Assembly (NCBI GenBank): GCA_963827965.1
Contig: CAWHCW010000007.1
Span: 43,937-107,936, forward strand
Reading direction: 5' to 3'
DNA: 64,000 nucleotides
Source: an uncultured Chloroflexia bacterium
GTDB taxonomy: Bacteria > Chloroflexota > Limnocylindria > Limnocylindrales > CSP1-4
The position numbers and the translations under genes are program-made. Under the pieces are notes generated by a model that made no database searches, was not told the origin of the DNA, and saw nothing but the letters and a program-made list of their open reading frames with translations. Below are positions 19,134 to 29,580 of this stretch, piece by piece (the first letter of the stretch is position 1; each line of letters begins with the position of its first letter).

Positions 19134-21152
19134 GTGTTCGAACACCTGATCCCGAGCGCCGCCCCCTGGCTCGCCGCGGCCGTCGAGGCCGAGCCGAGCG
19201 CCGCCAGCGGCGCGATCAACCTGGTGCCGCTGCTGCTCCTGCTGCCGATCGCCGGCTTTGCCTTCACGGCGCTCTTCGGGCGGCGGATCGGGCGCTTCGC
19301 CTTCCTGGTCCCGCTGCTCCTGGTCGTGGCCACCTGGGCGATCGCCATGGTGGTCGTCTACGAGGCGCTCAGCGGCGGCTTCGGCGAGCACGGGGCGGGG
19401 ATCACGCTCTGGACCTGGATCCCGGCCGGCGCCTTCCAGGTGGAGATGGGCTTCTACGTCGACCAGCTGACGGCCTGCCTCCTGATCGTCGTGACCACGA
19501 TCGGGATGCTGGTCCACCTCTACTCGGTGGGCTACATGGCCCACGACCCGGGGCGCTGGCGCTTCTTCGCCTACCTCAACCTCTTCATGTTCAGCATGCT
19601 CCTGCTGGTCCTGGGTGACAGCTGGCTGACCGTCTTCGCCGCCTGGGAGCTGGTCGGGCTCAGCTCGTACCTCCTCATCGGGTTCTGGTACCCCAGGCGC
19701 TCCGCCGCGCTCGCGGCCAAGAAGGCGTTCATCGTCAACCGCGTCGGCGACCTCGGCTTCGCCCTCGGCATCATGCTCATCTGGGTCAGCACCGGGACGC
19801 TCGACATCCGGCAGTCCTTCGAGCTGATCGCGAAGCTCGACCCGACCACGATCGCCGCGATCGCCCTCCTCGTCTTCTGCGGCGCCGTGGGCAAGAGCGC
19901 CCAGTTCCCGCTCCACGTCTGGCTGCCCGACGCGATGGAGGGCCCGACGCCGGTCTCCGCCCTCATCCACGCCGCGACGATGGTCAACGCCGGCGTCTAC
20001 CTCGTGGCCCGGGCCAACCCGATCTTCGCCCTCGCCCCGGGAGTGATGGTGATCGTGGCCGCGATCGGCATCTTCACCGCGATCCTGGCGGCCTCGATCG
20101 CCTTCACCCAGACCGACATCAAGCGCGTCCTGGCCTACTCGACGCTCTCCCAGCTGGGCTACATGTTCGCCGCCCTGGGCGTGGGCGCCTTCGCCGCCGC
20201 GATCTTCCACCTCATGGCCCACGGCTTCTTCAAGGGCCTCCTCTTCCTTGGCTCGGGCAGCGTGATCCACGCCGTCCACGAGGAGCAGGACATGAACAAC
20301 ATGGGCGGCCTGTGGCGGAAGATCCCGGTCACCCACTGGACGATGTTCGTCGGCACCCTGGCCATCGCCGGGCTCCCTCCCCTGGCCGGCTTCTTCAGCA
20401 AGGACGAGATCCTGGGCGAGAGCTTCAAGTTCGGCTTCACCTGGGTCTGGGCCATCGGCCTCGTCGTCGCCGTGATGACGGCCTTCTACATGTGGCGCCT
20501 GATGGGCAAGACCTTCTACGGGGAGCCGTCGGCCCACGCGAGGCGGATCTGGGACCGGATCCACGAGTCGACCTGGACCATGACCGTGCCGCTCGTCCTC
20601 CTCGCCATCCCGTCGGCCCTCATCGGCATGGCCCTGGGCCTCCCGTTCGGGAGCTCGACCCTCAAGGGCTGGCTGGAGCCGGTCTTCGCCGAGTCGGAGG
20701 AGCTGCTCCACCCCGAGACACACCCCTTCGCGCTGGCCGGCATCGACGGCGCCCTGATCCTCGTCAGCGTCGCCGCGGCGACCGTCGGGCTGGTCGTCGC
20801 GATCTGGCTCTTCGGGGCGTTCCGACGGGCCGGGAACCGGTCCCGGGTCGAATCGCTCAGCGGGGCCAACGGCGCCACCCGCTTCCTCTACCGGGCCACC
20901 CTGAACAAGTGGTGGTTCGACGACCTGAACCACCTCCTCTTCATCGTGATCGGCGGCCGCGTGGCCGGGGCGATGTGGTGGTTCGACCGGACCATCGTCG
21001 ACGGGACGGTGAACGGCGTGGGCCGACTCACCGTCGACGCCGGCCGCGGCCTCCGCCGCGTGCAGACGGGGCGCGTCCAGAACTACGCGCTGGGCATCGC
21101 GATCGGGCTGATCGTGATGGCCGGCTCGTACCTCCTCATCGCGGCCAGGTAG
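19134..21152 (+). CDS. nuoL: NADH-quinone oxidoreductase subunit L
   Basis: Intact 672 aa antiporter-like subunit (WEL VGLSSYLLIGFWY..., HAATMVNAGVYLVAR, C-terminal long-helix region). Confidence 0.95.
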   Translation: MFEHLIPSAAPWLAAAVEAEPSAASGAINLVPLLLLLPIAGFAFTALFGRRIGRFAFLVPLLLVVATWAIAMVVVYEALSGGFGEHGAGITLWTWIPAGAFQVEMGFYVDQLTACLLIVVTTIGMLVHLYSVGYMAHDPGRWRFFAYLNLFMFSMLLLVLGDSWLTVFAAWELVGLSSYLLIGFWYPRRSAALAAKKAFIVNRVGDLGFALGIMLIWVSTGTLDIRQSFELIAKLDPTTIAAIALLVFCGAVGKSAQFPLHVWLPDAMEGPTPVSALIHAATMVNAGVYLVARANPIFALAPGVMVIVAAIGIFTAILAASIAFTQTDIKRVLAYSTLSQLGYMFAALGVGAFAAAIFHLMAHGFFKGLLFLGSGSVIHAVHEEQDMNNMGGLWRKIPVTHWTMFVGTLAIAGLPPLAGFFSKDEILGESFKFGFTWVWAIGLVVAVMTAFYMWRLMGKTFYGEPSAHARRIWDRIHESTWTMTVPLVLLAIPSALIGMALGLPFGSSTLKGWLEPVFAESEELLHPETHPFALAGIDGALILVSVAAATVGLVVAIWLFGAFRRAGNRSRVESLSGANGATRFLYRATLNKWWFDDLNHLLFIVIGGRVAGAMWWFDRTIVDGTVNGVGRLTVDAGRGLRRVQTGRVQNYALGIAIGLIVMAGSYLLIAAR

Positions 21153-21163
21153 GGGAGACGGCG

Positions 21164-22710
21164 ATGAACGTCGGCGACGTTCCCCATCCTGAGCGTCATC
21201 ACCTTCCTGCCGCTCGGCGGGGCGATCGTCGTGGCCCTCATCCCGCGCCGCAACGTCGGCGCGATCCGGGGCGCGGCGCTCGCCTTCTCGCTGGCCACCT
21301 GGGTGGTCAGCCTCTGGCTGCTCCTGGGCTACCTGCCCGGCCGGGACACCGGGACGGCGATGGCCTTCCAGTACGTGGAGCAGCTGGACTGGATCCCCCT
21401 CTTCGGCATCCAGTACAAGCTCGGCGTCGACGGCCTCGGCGTGGCGATGGTGGTCCTCACCACGACGCTGACCTGGATCTCCATCCTGGCCAGCTTCTCG
21501 CCGATCAAGGAGCGGGTGAAGGAGTACATGGTCTCCTTCCTCGTCCTCGAGGTCGGGATGCTCGGCGTCTTCGTCTCGCTGGACCTCTTCCTCTTCTACA
21601 TCTTCTGGGAAGTCGTCCTCGTCCCGATGTACCTGATCATCGGGATCTGGGGCGGGGCGAACCGCATCTACGCCACGATCAAGTTCGTCCTCTACACCCT
21701 GGTCGGATCGCTCCTGATGCTGGTGGCGATCCTGGCCACGGCGTTCACCTACCAGGCGGCGACCGGCAGCTGGGCTGGTGCCTTCGACCTCCAGAACCTG
21801 GCCGGCCACGGCTTCGACCGGACCTTCCAGCTGTTCGCCTTCGCCGCGTTCGCGCTCGCCTTCGCGATCAAGGTCCCCATGTTCCCGTTCCACACGTGGC
21901 TGCCCGACGCCCACGTGGAGGCGCCGACGGCGGGCTCGGTGATCCTCGCCGGGGTTCTCCTGAAGCTCGGCGCCTACGGCTTCATCCGCTTCGCGATCCC
22001 GCTCTTCCCGGAGGGGGCCCAGGCCTTCGCCCCCCTGATCATCGTGCTGTCGGTCATCGCGATCATCTACGGCGCGATCGTGGCCCTGGTGCAGCCGGAC
22101 CTCAAGAAGCTGGTGGCCTACAGCTCCGTCAGCCACATGGGCTTCGTGACGCTCGGGATCTTCGTCTTCCAGCAGCAGGCGCTCCAGGGGGCGATCCTCC
22201 AGATGGTCAACCACGGCCTCATCACCGGCGCCCTCTTCCTCCTGGTGGGCGTGATCTACGAGCGGACGCACGACCGCACGATCGCGAAGATGGGCGGGCT
22301 CGGGGCGCCCATGCCCGTCTACTCGGCGGCGTTCGGCTTCTTCGTCTTCGCCTCGGTCGGCCTGCCCGGCCTGGCCGGGTTCGTCGGCGAGTTCCTCGTC
22401 TTCCAGGGCACCTTCGCGTTCAGCCCGCCGACGGCCGCGACGATCGCCTTCGTCATGATCCTCGCCGCCGCCTATCTCCTCTGGATGCAGCAGCGCGTCC
22501 TGTTCGGGCCTCTCTCCGACTTCCTGAAGGGGACTGGGGCAGCACCTGACGGACATGCGCCCGGTGGAGATCCTGACGCTCGCCCCGCTGGGGGCGCTGA
22601 TCGTGATCCTGGGCCTCTTCCCCGGCCTCGTCCTGGACCTCATCGCCGGATCGGTCAAGGCCGTCCTCGCCGCCGTGGACCCGTCGCTCGCGACGGCGAT
22701 CGGGAACTGA
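21164..22710 (+). CDS. nuoM: NADH-quinone oxidoreductase subunit M (two frameshifts)
   Basis: ATG at 21164 (MNVGDVP), then a shift at about 21180 into the frame holding ILSVITFLPLGGAIVVALIP...FPFHTWLPDAHVEAPTAGS... An extra 10-nt run (actggggcag, about 22524-22533) shifts into the frame encoding HLTDMRPVEILTLAPLGALIVILGLFPGLVLDL...AIGN stop. Confidence 0.85.
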
Positions 22711-22723
22711 CGGGAGCCCGACG

Positions 22724-24199
22724 ATGTCCCTTGCCGACCTCACCGTCATCGCCCCGCTCGTCGTCGTCGTCCTCGTGGCGGGGGCCATCATCGTGGCCGA
22801 CATCATCAAGCCCGGGAACGCCACGCTCGCGGTCGGGGTGGGCCTCCTGGGCCTCGGGATCGCGGCCGCCCTGATCGTGCTCGTCGGGTCGACGCCGGGG
22901 ACCGCGTTCGGCGGCTCGTACCGGGTCGACGCCCTGACGACCTTCCTCCACCTCGTCTTCGTGGCGATCGCGGCCCTGACGATCCTCTTCGGGCCGGACT
23001 ACCTGGCGCCACGCGGGCTGCCGGTTCCCGAGTTCGCCGCGCTCCTCGTCTTCGCGATCGCGGGGATGATGCTCGTCGCGGCCTCGGCCGATCTCCTGGT
23101 CCTCTTCCTGGGCCTGGAGCTGATGGTGATCCCGGGCTACCTCCTGGCCGGCTACCACAAGCGCGACGCGCTCTCCACGGAGGGCGCGGTCAAGTACTTC
23201 CTGCTGGGCTCGTTCTCCAGCGCGATCTTCCTCTTCGGGCTGGCCTTCGTCTGGGGCCTCACCGGCTCCACGCGGATCGGCGACGTGGCGGGCTTCCTGG
23301 GCCGGATCGTCGAGGGGCAGACGGCGCTCTCGGCGGGCCTGGCGATGGGCCTCGCCTTCCTGACGACCGGCGTCGCCTTCAAGATCGCCGCCGTCCCCTT
23401 CCACTACTGGACGCCCGACGCCTACCAGGGCTCGCCGACCCCGATCACGGGCTACCTCTCGGTCGGGCCGAAGATCGGGGCCTTCGCCGTGATCCTGCGG
23501 GTCTTCGCCGAGGCGCTGGGGCCGCTGCGCGACGAGTGGGTGATCGTCTTCTTCGTCCTGGCCGCCCTGACCATGACCCTGGGCAACCTGGTCGCCCTCA
23601 CCCAGGACAACGTCAAGCGGATGCTGGCCTACTCCTCGATCGCCCACACCGGCTACATGCTGGTGGGGCTCGCGGCCTACGCCGCCGGCCAGATCCAGGG
23701 TCTCGAGGGGCTCCTCTTCTACAGCGCCGCCTACTCCTTCATGAACCTCGGCGCCTTCGCCGTCATCGGGGCCCTCCAGAAGCGGCCCGGCGTGACGAGC
23801 CGCCTGGAGACGTTCGCCGGCCTGGGGCGCCGCGAGCCGGTCCTCGGGATCCTGATGGTCCTCTTCCTGCTCTCGCTCACCGGGATCCCGCCGACGGCCG
23901 GCTTCTTCGCCAAGGCCTACGTGATCATCGCCGCGGTCCAGGGCGGCGGCTGGCTGACGCTCCTCGCCGTGATCGCGGTCCTCAACGCCGCGGCCGCCGC
24001 GTTCTACTACCTCCGGGTCGTCGTCTACATGTACATGCGCGAGCCGCAGGGCGAGCCGACCCCGGTGGCCCACGGGGCGCTCCTGCGCCTGGGGCTGGCG
24101 ATCACGGCGATCGTCACGGTGGTGCTGGGGCTCTTCCCGGGGCCCCTCCTCGAGGGCGTCGGGGCGGCCGCGAAGGCGATCGGGGCGGCGCTGCCGTAG
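22724..24199 (+). CDS. nuoN: NADH-quinone oxidoreductase subunit N
   Basis: Intact 491 aa ORF (FHYWTPDAYQGSPTPITGYLSVGPKIGAFAVILR...). Confidence 0.9.
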   Translation: MSLADLTVIAPLVVVVLVAGAIIVADIIKPGNATLAVGVGLLGLGIAAALIVLVGSTPGTAFGGSYRVDALTTFLHLVFVAIAALTILFGPDYLAPRGLPVPEFAALLVFAIAGMMLVAASADLLVLFLGLELMVIPGYLLAGYHKRDALSTEGAVKYFLLGSFSSAIFLFGLAFVWGLTGSTRIGDVAGFLGRIVEGQTALSAGLAMGLAFLTTGVAFKIAAVPFHYWTPDAYQGSPTPITGYLSVGPKIGAFAVILRVFAEALGPLRDEWVIVFFVLAALTMTLGNLVALTQDNVKRMLAYSSIAHTGYMLVGLAAYAAGQIQGLEGLLFYSAAYSFMNLGAFAVIGALQKRPGVTSRLETFAGLGRREPVLGILMVLFLLSLTGIPPTAGFFAKAYVIIAAVQGGGWLTLLAVIAVLNAAAAAFYYLRVVVYMYMREPQGEPTPVAHGALLRLGLAITAIVTVVLGLFPGPLLEGVGAAAKAIGAALP

Positions 24200-24211
24200 C
24201 CCGCGGGGCGA

Positions 24212-24224
24212 CCCGCCGGGCGGG
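24212..24224. terminator. GC-rich hairpin (cccgcc-g-ggcggg) between the convergent nuoN and redoxin-like gene; possible bidirectional terminator
   Basis: The inverted repeat is visible in the sequence. No U-tract follows, so this is weak. Confidence 0.25.
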
Positions 24225-24249
24225 GGCGCCGCAACAGGTCGGCCGCGGC

Positions 24250-24906
24250 CTACTCGCCGATCGTCACGCCCGGCAGGATCGTGCCGAGGCTGCGGGCCAT
24301 CTGGTCGGGGCCGAGGCCGCCGAGCGCCGCGTCCCGCACGATCCCCGCCTTGTCGATCCAGTAGTGGACGGGCAGGGCGAGGGCGTCCCACGTCGCGGCG
24401 CGGCTTCCGTCGCCATCGAGGGCCACCGGAAAGCTGACGTCGAGCCCGTCGACGAACGGCTTGACCGTCGCCGCGTCCTCCTTGACGTGGATGGCGAGGA
24501 CCACCAGGCCCGTCTCCGCGTAGCGGGCGGCAAAGCCGCTCATCAGCGGGTACTCGTCGCGGGCGAGCCGGGCGTCGGTGCTGGTGAAGACGAGCCAGAC
24601 CGGCTTCCCCAGGTAGGCCGCGAGATCGATCGTGGCTCCGTCCAGGCCGGGGGCGACGAGCGACGGAGCCGGCCGGCCGACGAGCGGGAAGGGCGACGGG
24701 CTGCGCGTGGAGCTGGGGACCGGCGAGGCGGTCGCCGTGGGCGTGGGGAGGGGCGTCGGCGAGGGGAGCACCGCGACCGGCGTCGCCGTCGCGGCCGGCG
24801 TCGGGGCGGGCGCGGCGGGCACGAGCGAGTAGACGACGACGGCCAGGCCGAGGGCGGCGACGACGCCGGCGAGCAGTCCCAGCGCGATCGCGATGAAGGT
24901 GCGCAT
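24250..24906 (-). CDS. membrane-anchored thioredoxin-fold (TlpA/ResA-like redoxin) protein lacking the CxxC motif
   Basis: N-terminal TM helix (MRTFIAIALGLLAGVVAALGLAVVVY), a Pro/Thr-rich linker, and a redoxin-like domain (GKPVWLVFTSTDARLARDEYPLM...YAETGLVVLAIHVKED...). The region that normally reads WCxxC has no Cys. Confidence 0.45.
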   Translation of the reverse strand: MRTFIAIALGLLAGVVAALGLAVVVYSLVPAAPAPTPAATATPVAVLPSPTPLPTPTATASPVPSSTRSPSPFPLVGRPAPSLVAPGLDGATIDLAAYLGKPVWLVFTSTDARLARDEYPLMSGFAARYAETGLVVLAIHVKEDAATVKPFVDGLDVSFPVALDGDGSRAATWDALALPVHYWIDKAGIVRDAALGGLGPDQMARSLGTILPGVTIGE

Positions 24907-25082
24907 CGGCGCGGAGCGTAGCGGACTGGCGCCGAGGCTGCGCGGCCAGCGCGACGGGGCCCGGTTCGGGCGCGGCGTCCAGGCCGCGCCGGCCCGTCGC
25001 CCGCCGCGCAACAGGACCGGGACCTCTGCCGTCCCAGCACCGGACAAACCGCCGGGCGGCGCCGCCCGAACTGCTTGCTAGG

Positions 25083-25815
25083 ATGCTCTCACCGATGCAC
25101 TCCCTCCTCGCCTGGATCCGCGGCCGCCTCCTGCCCGCCCTCGTGACGGCGGCCGGTGTCGCCCTGCTCGTGGCGGGGCTGCTCACCTACCAGGACCCCC
25201 CGGAGGTCGTGGCGGTCGCGCCGTCGCCCGCTCCGTCCGGGCTGGCCACCGAGTCGCCGCTGCCCAGCCTCCTGCCGCTCCCCACGCTGACGCCGCCCGC
25301 GTCCCCGGCCCCGTCGTCCGAGCCCCGGCGCGGCCCGCGTCGCGAGCCGGGTGGTGGTGCCCCTCCTCCGCATCGACCTGCCGGTCGTCAGGCCGCCCGA
25401 CGACCCGAACCACTTCCCCTATTGCGATGTCGCCGAGTACCTCCCCGACCTGAGCCAGCCGGGCAGCCCGGGCACGACGTACCTCTACGCTCACGCCCGC
25501 GAGGGGATGTTCCTGCCGCTGCTCCTCCGGTCGCGGGTCAATGACGGGAGCGCGATGCGCGGGATGCTCGTCCAGGTCTACACCAGCGACGACAGGCTCT
25601 TCCTCTACGAGATCACCAGCGTCCTGCGACACCAGTCGGGAGAGGTCTACAACGAGCCCGAGGAGCAGCTGGTGCTCCAGACCTCGGAAGGTCCCGCGGA
25701 AGGGGCTTCCCGGCTACACCGGCCTCGTGCTCGTCGTCGTCGCCCAGCCGCTCAGCTCGGTCCGGCCGACCACGCCGCGGCCAACCCGATCGCGCAGCCG
25801 GTCGCCTGCCGGTAG
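25083..25815 (+). CDS. sortase-like transpeptidase (class E-like), frameshift near 25350, predicted catalytic Cys replaced by Ser
   Basis: The N-terminal TM plus Pro-rich linker (LLPALVTAAGVALLVAGLL..PSPAPS) is in one frame. The catalytic-domain-like VVPLLRIDLPVV...SQPGSPGTTYLYAHAREGMFLPLL...VNDGSAMRGMLVQVYTSDDRLFLYEITSV...QLVLQTSEGP is in the next frame. TS occupies the TLxTC position. Confidence 0.4.
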
Positions 25816-25822
25816 CCGCCGC

Positions 25823-26852
25823 TCAGATCCAGCGGATGCGGCGCAGCACCAGGGCGAGCCCCACCGCCAGCCCGACGATGCCGAGGGTGACGATCCAGAA
25901 GCCGACCGCCTCGGTGCGGGCGAAGGCCGCGCCCGCCTCGCTCATGCCGAAGATGCCGGCGAAGGCGCCGATCCCGGCCAGGATGACCGTGACGCCGGTC
26001 AGCCGCTTCATGATCAGCGACAGGTTGTTGTTGATCGTCGAGAGGTAGACGTCGAGGGCCGCCGTGACGAGCTCCCGGAACGAGTCGTACTCGTCCGAGA
26101 GGTGGACGGCGTGGTCGTAGATGTCGCGGAAGTAGACGACGTGCTCCGGGTCGATGAACGGGAGCGTCCGGTTCGTCAGCTGGTTGAAGACCTCGCGCTG
26201 CGGCGAGCTGACGTGGCGCAGCTCGACGAGCTGGCGCTTGAGGCCGAACAGCTGCTCCAGGGTGTCGGCCTCCGGCCGGCTCACGATCCGGTCCTCCAGG
26301 TCGTCCACCGCGTCCTCGATCCGGTCGAAGACCGGGTAGTACTCGTCGACGACGTAGTCGAGGAGTGCCCACAGGAGGTAGTCGGTCCCCCGGGCCAGGA
26401 CGGGCCCCACCCCTTCCCGCAGGTGCTGGGCGCGGCGGGGGTCCCAGAACCTGCGCGTGGACCGTCAGGAGGTACGTGCTCCCCAGGACGATGTCGATCT
26501 CGTCGACGATGAGCTCCCGCTCCCAGGCGACGGCGAAGACGACGAGGTGGGCGAAGCCGTCGGTCAGCTCCAGCTTCGGCCGCTGGTTCCGCTCCAGGAT
26601 GTCCTCGGCGATGAGCGGGTGCAGGCCGAGCTCCGCCGCGACGGCCTCGACGAGCGCCGGCGACGGGTCCGTCAGGTCGACCCAGTGGCGGGCGGTCGAC
26701 TTGCTGACCGCGTGTTCGAGCGCCTCGAGCCCCACGAGCGTCCGCTGCTCGCCGTCGCGCCAGTGCTCGACCCGGAGCGACGTCTGCGCCTCGGCGGCGA
26801 GCGCGTCAGAGGGCGATGCCGGGCTCGGATGCGTCGTCGATCCCCGCTCCAT
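25823..26852 (-). CDS. corA: CorA-family magnesium transporter (frameshift near 26400-26470)
   Basis: C-terminal YPVFDRIEDAVDDLEDRI...LTGVTVILAGIGAFAGIFGMSEAGAAF plus two TM helices. The N-terminal soluble domain is in another frame (LVGLEALEHAVSKSTARHWVDLTDPSPA...). Confidence 0.75.
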
Positions 26853-28497
26853 CGCCACCTCCCGCTGCGACCGCGGCGCCGCCGGCCGTCTCGTCGCGGA
26901 GCATACGCGGCCGGGCCCCGAGCGCGACGCCCGCCGGGAACGCCGCGACGGTCACCCCCGCGGCCACCAGGAAGAGGGCGACCATCGTCTCCGCCGCCTT
27001 CCCGGCCGCCCACGCCTCCAGGGCGTCGATGACGAGCGGGTCCCGCAGGGGTCGGTCCGCCAGCGTCGGCCCGACGATCGCCTTGTAGGCGTCCGGCGAC
27101 CCGAAGACCTGGCCGGAGAATCGCTCGATCGCGGTGGAGCCGTAGGCGGTCAGGACCGCGAGCCCCACCGCCATCCCGATCATCCGGGCGACGGTGACGG
27201 TGGCCGACGCCGTCGCCGAAGCGGGCCCGCCCCACCGCCTCGACGGCGGCCGTGCTGCGGGGCGTCACGGTCAGGCCGAAGCCCAGCCCGAAGAGCCCGC
27301 CGGCGGCCGCGACGACCGGGTAGGTCACCTGCGCGTTCCAGGTGCCCATCCAGAGGAGGCCCGCGATCGACGCCCCCAGGCCCAGGGCCGTCACGGCGCG
27401 GAGCGACCAGTGCCGCACGAGCCAGCCCGACGCGAGGGCGCCGACCGCCGTGGCGGCCGCGAGCGACCCGAGGGCCAGGCGCTGGTCGTCGGGACCGCCG
27501 TAGAGGACCCGGTCCACGAAGACGGCCGAGCCGACGATCGCCGTGGCGAAGGCGTAGCCGGTCAGGAGGCTCACGAGGGCCGCCGAGGCGAAGACCCGGT
27601 CGGCGAAGAGCCGCGGGTCGAGGAAGGGTGCCTGCCGCCGCAGGCCGAGGACGATCGCCGCCAGGCCGGCCGCCAGGCCGACCACGATCAGCCCCGCGGA
27701 GACCAGGGCGGGGTCGAGACCGGCCCCTGCGCCGCCCCGGAGCCCTGCGCCGCCCCGGCCCCCTCGCCCAGGAGGGTCACCCCGAGGAGGATCGTCCCCA
27801 GGGCGACCGTGAAGAGGAGCGCGCCGGCGAGGTCGACGCGGGCCTTCGCCCGCGGGGTGTCCCAGCCCGCGGTGGCCGCCCAGCCCAGGGCGAGGGCGGC
27901 GATCCCCATCGGCACGTTGACGTAGAAGACGTAGCGCCACGCCGGGGCCAGGAGGTCCGGCGCGGGGCCGCCGAGGATCCCCAGCCGGATCAGGGCGGCC
28001 TCGGGCCGGATCGCGTCCAGGATGGCCGCCCCCAGGAACGGCCCGGCGGCCATGCCCAGGAACGTCAGCGCCCCGATCACGCCGAGCGCCCGGGGCCGCT
28101 CGTGGCCTTCGAAGAGGTGGGAGGCAGCGGCCGTCGCGACCGGGACGAGGGCACCGCCGCCGACCGCCTGGACGGCGCGCGCGGCGATCAGCTGGTCAAG
28201 CGTCTGGGCCATCCCCGCCAGGAGCGACCCGAGGGTGAAGAAGACGAGCGCGCCGAGGAAGAGGCGGCGGGCCCCCCACAGGTCGGCGAGGCGGCCGGCG
28301 AGGGGCATGGTCCCGACGTAGACGAGGAGGTAGGCGTTGATGATCCAGCTGGCGTGGCGGAGCTCCGTCCAGCTGCCCAGGTCGACGACGATCGCCGGCA
28401 GGGCGACGGCGGTGATCATCAGCTCCAGGCCGGCGAGGAAGACGCCGGTCCCCAGCACGGCAAGGAGGATCAGGGCAACCCGGCGGTCCATGCGCGG
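26806..28497 (-). CDS. MFS transporter (DHA2/EmrB-like), at least 2 frameshifts
   Basis: MDRRVALILLAVLGTGVFLAGLELMITAVALPAIVVDLG...AYLLVYVGTMPLAGRLADLWGARR..., then later TM segments in two other frames ending ...GPTLADRPLRDPLVIDALEAWAAGKAAETMVALFLVAAGV. Confidence 0.6.
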
Positions 28498-28569
28498 AGT
28501 GTAGGGCCGCGCCGGGGGCCGCCATCCGCCGGCCGGTCGGCCCGCGAACGTCGATGCATACTCAGCCCC

Positions 28570-29088
28570 GTGAGCGGCGGCAGCGGGCTCGAGATCGAGC
28601 GCAAGTACCTCCTCGCCGGCGTGCCGGCCGAGGCCGACCTCGTGGCGCTGGGCGCCCGCTCCGTCCGGATCGAGCAGGCCTACCTTCGGGCGGAGGACGA
28701 CTGGGTGCGTCGCGTGCGCCGCATCGACGCCCCGGAGGCCGTCCGATACGTGCTCACCCGCAAGCGCGAGCTGTCGGGAATCGTGCGGCAGGAGCTGGAG
28801 ACCGACCTGACGGCCGAGGAATACGGTCGCCTCCTGGCGGACGCCGACCCGGCGCGGCGGGTGATCCGCAAGACGCGGCAGGTGATCCTCTACGGCCCCT
28901 GGACGCTGGAGCTCGACGTCTTCAGCGAGCCCCCCGGGCTCGTCCTCCTGGAGGTCGAGCTGGACGACGCGGACCAGGTGCCCGAGCTGCCGCCGTCGAT
29001 CGCCGCCCTCGTCGTGCGCGAGGTGAGCACGGAGACGGCCTACCTGAACCATCACCTCGCGCTGCGGGGGACTCCGCCCGTGGCGTGA
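28570..29088 (+). CDS. CYTH-domain (triphosphate tunnel metalloenzyme / class IV adenylate cyclase-like) protein
   Basis: GSGLEIERKYLLAGVPAE...IEQAYL...LTRKRE...ELETDL...LELDVF...GLVLLEVEL. Confidence 0.75.
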   Translation: MSGGSGLEIERKYLLAGVPAEADLVALGARSVRIEQAYLRAEDDWVRRVRRIDAPEAVRYVLTRKRELSGIVRQELETDLTAEEYGRLLADADPARRVIRKTRQVILYGPWTLELDVFSEPPGLVLLEVELDDADQVPELPPSIAALVVREVSTETAYLNHHLALRGTPPVA

Positions 29089-29163
29089 CGACCGGCGCGG
29101 GTCGTCGGGGGGCGGCGTCCTGCCCGCTTGACGCGCCGGACCGCCCGCGGCACCCTCGTCGCG

Positions 29164-29445
29164 ATGACCCCGAAGCCGCGCGACGACCAGGCCGACGACC
29201 TGCCCTCCGCCGAGGCCGCGCGCGCCCGACGGCGCGACCGCGACGCGACCGCCGCCGAACGCTCCGGGATGCGGACCGGGCTGGCCAAGCAGTTCAAGCA
29301 GGTCCTCGACGCCCAGGTGAAGCGCGGCCGCGCCGCAGGCGAGGGAGACGAGGAGCCGCTGCCCGACGGCCGTCCGCCGGGCTCCTCGCGGACGAAGCGC
29401 CGCAAGCGCGGGCAACCCCCCGGCGACACGGCCCCGGAGCCCTGA
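29164..29445 (+). CDS. small hypothetical protein, low complexity (Arg/Asp/Lys-rich)
   Basis: ORF MTPKPRDDQADDLPSAEAARARRRDRDATAAERSGMRTGLAKQFKQVLDAQVKRGRAAGEG... It may be spurious. Confidence 0.2.
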   Translation: MTPKPRDDQADDLPSAEAARARRRDRDATAAERSGMRTGLAKQFKQVLDAQVKRGRAAGEGDEEPLPDGRPPGSSRTKRRKRGQPPGDTAPEP

Positions 29446-29580
29446 CCGCGGGACCGGAACGACCGGGGGATCCTCGTCAGGCGGCCGGCCGTTGGCACGA
29501 AGCCCCCGGTTCGTGCTCACGCAGTGCGTCCGCGCGGGCCACATCGCGCGCCAACCGGGGCCGCAGGCCCGGCCCGCCCC

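Noticed and set aside
19044-22658. 1204 aa ORF on the minus strand antisense to nuoL/nuoM
   Set aside because: Low-complexity Arg/Gly/Asp/Glu-rich translation with no recognisable domain. It is the typical stop-codon-poor antisense frame of a 72% GC sequence, and the sense strand encodes intact NuoL/NuoM.
24250-25815. Cys-free redoxin and sortase as sequencing errors
   Set aside because: The dominant error mode here is indels, not substitutions. Each case would need multiple base substitutions (Cys to Ala twice; TGC to TCG), so they are more likely genuine. They are kept as a finding but flagged for read checking.
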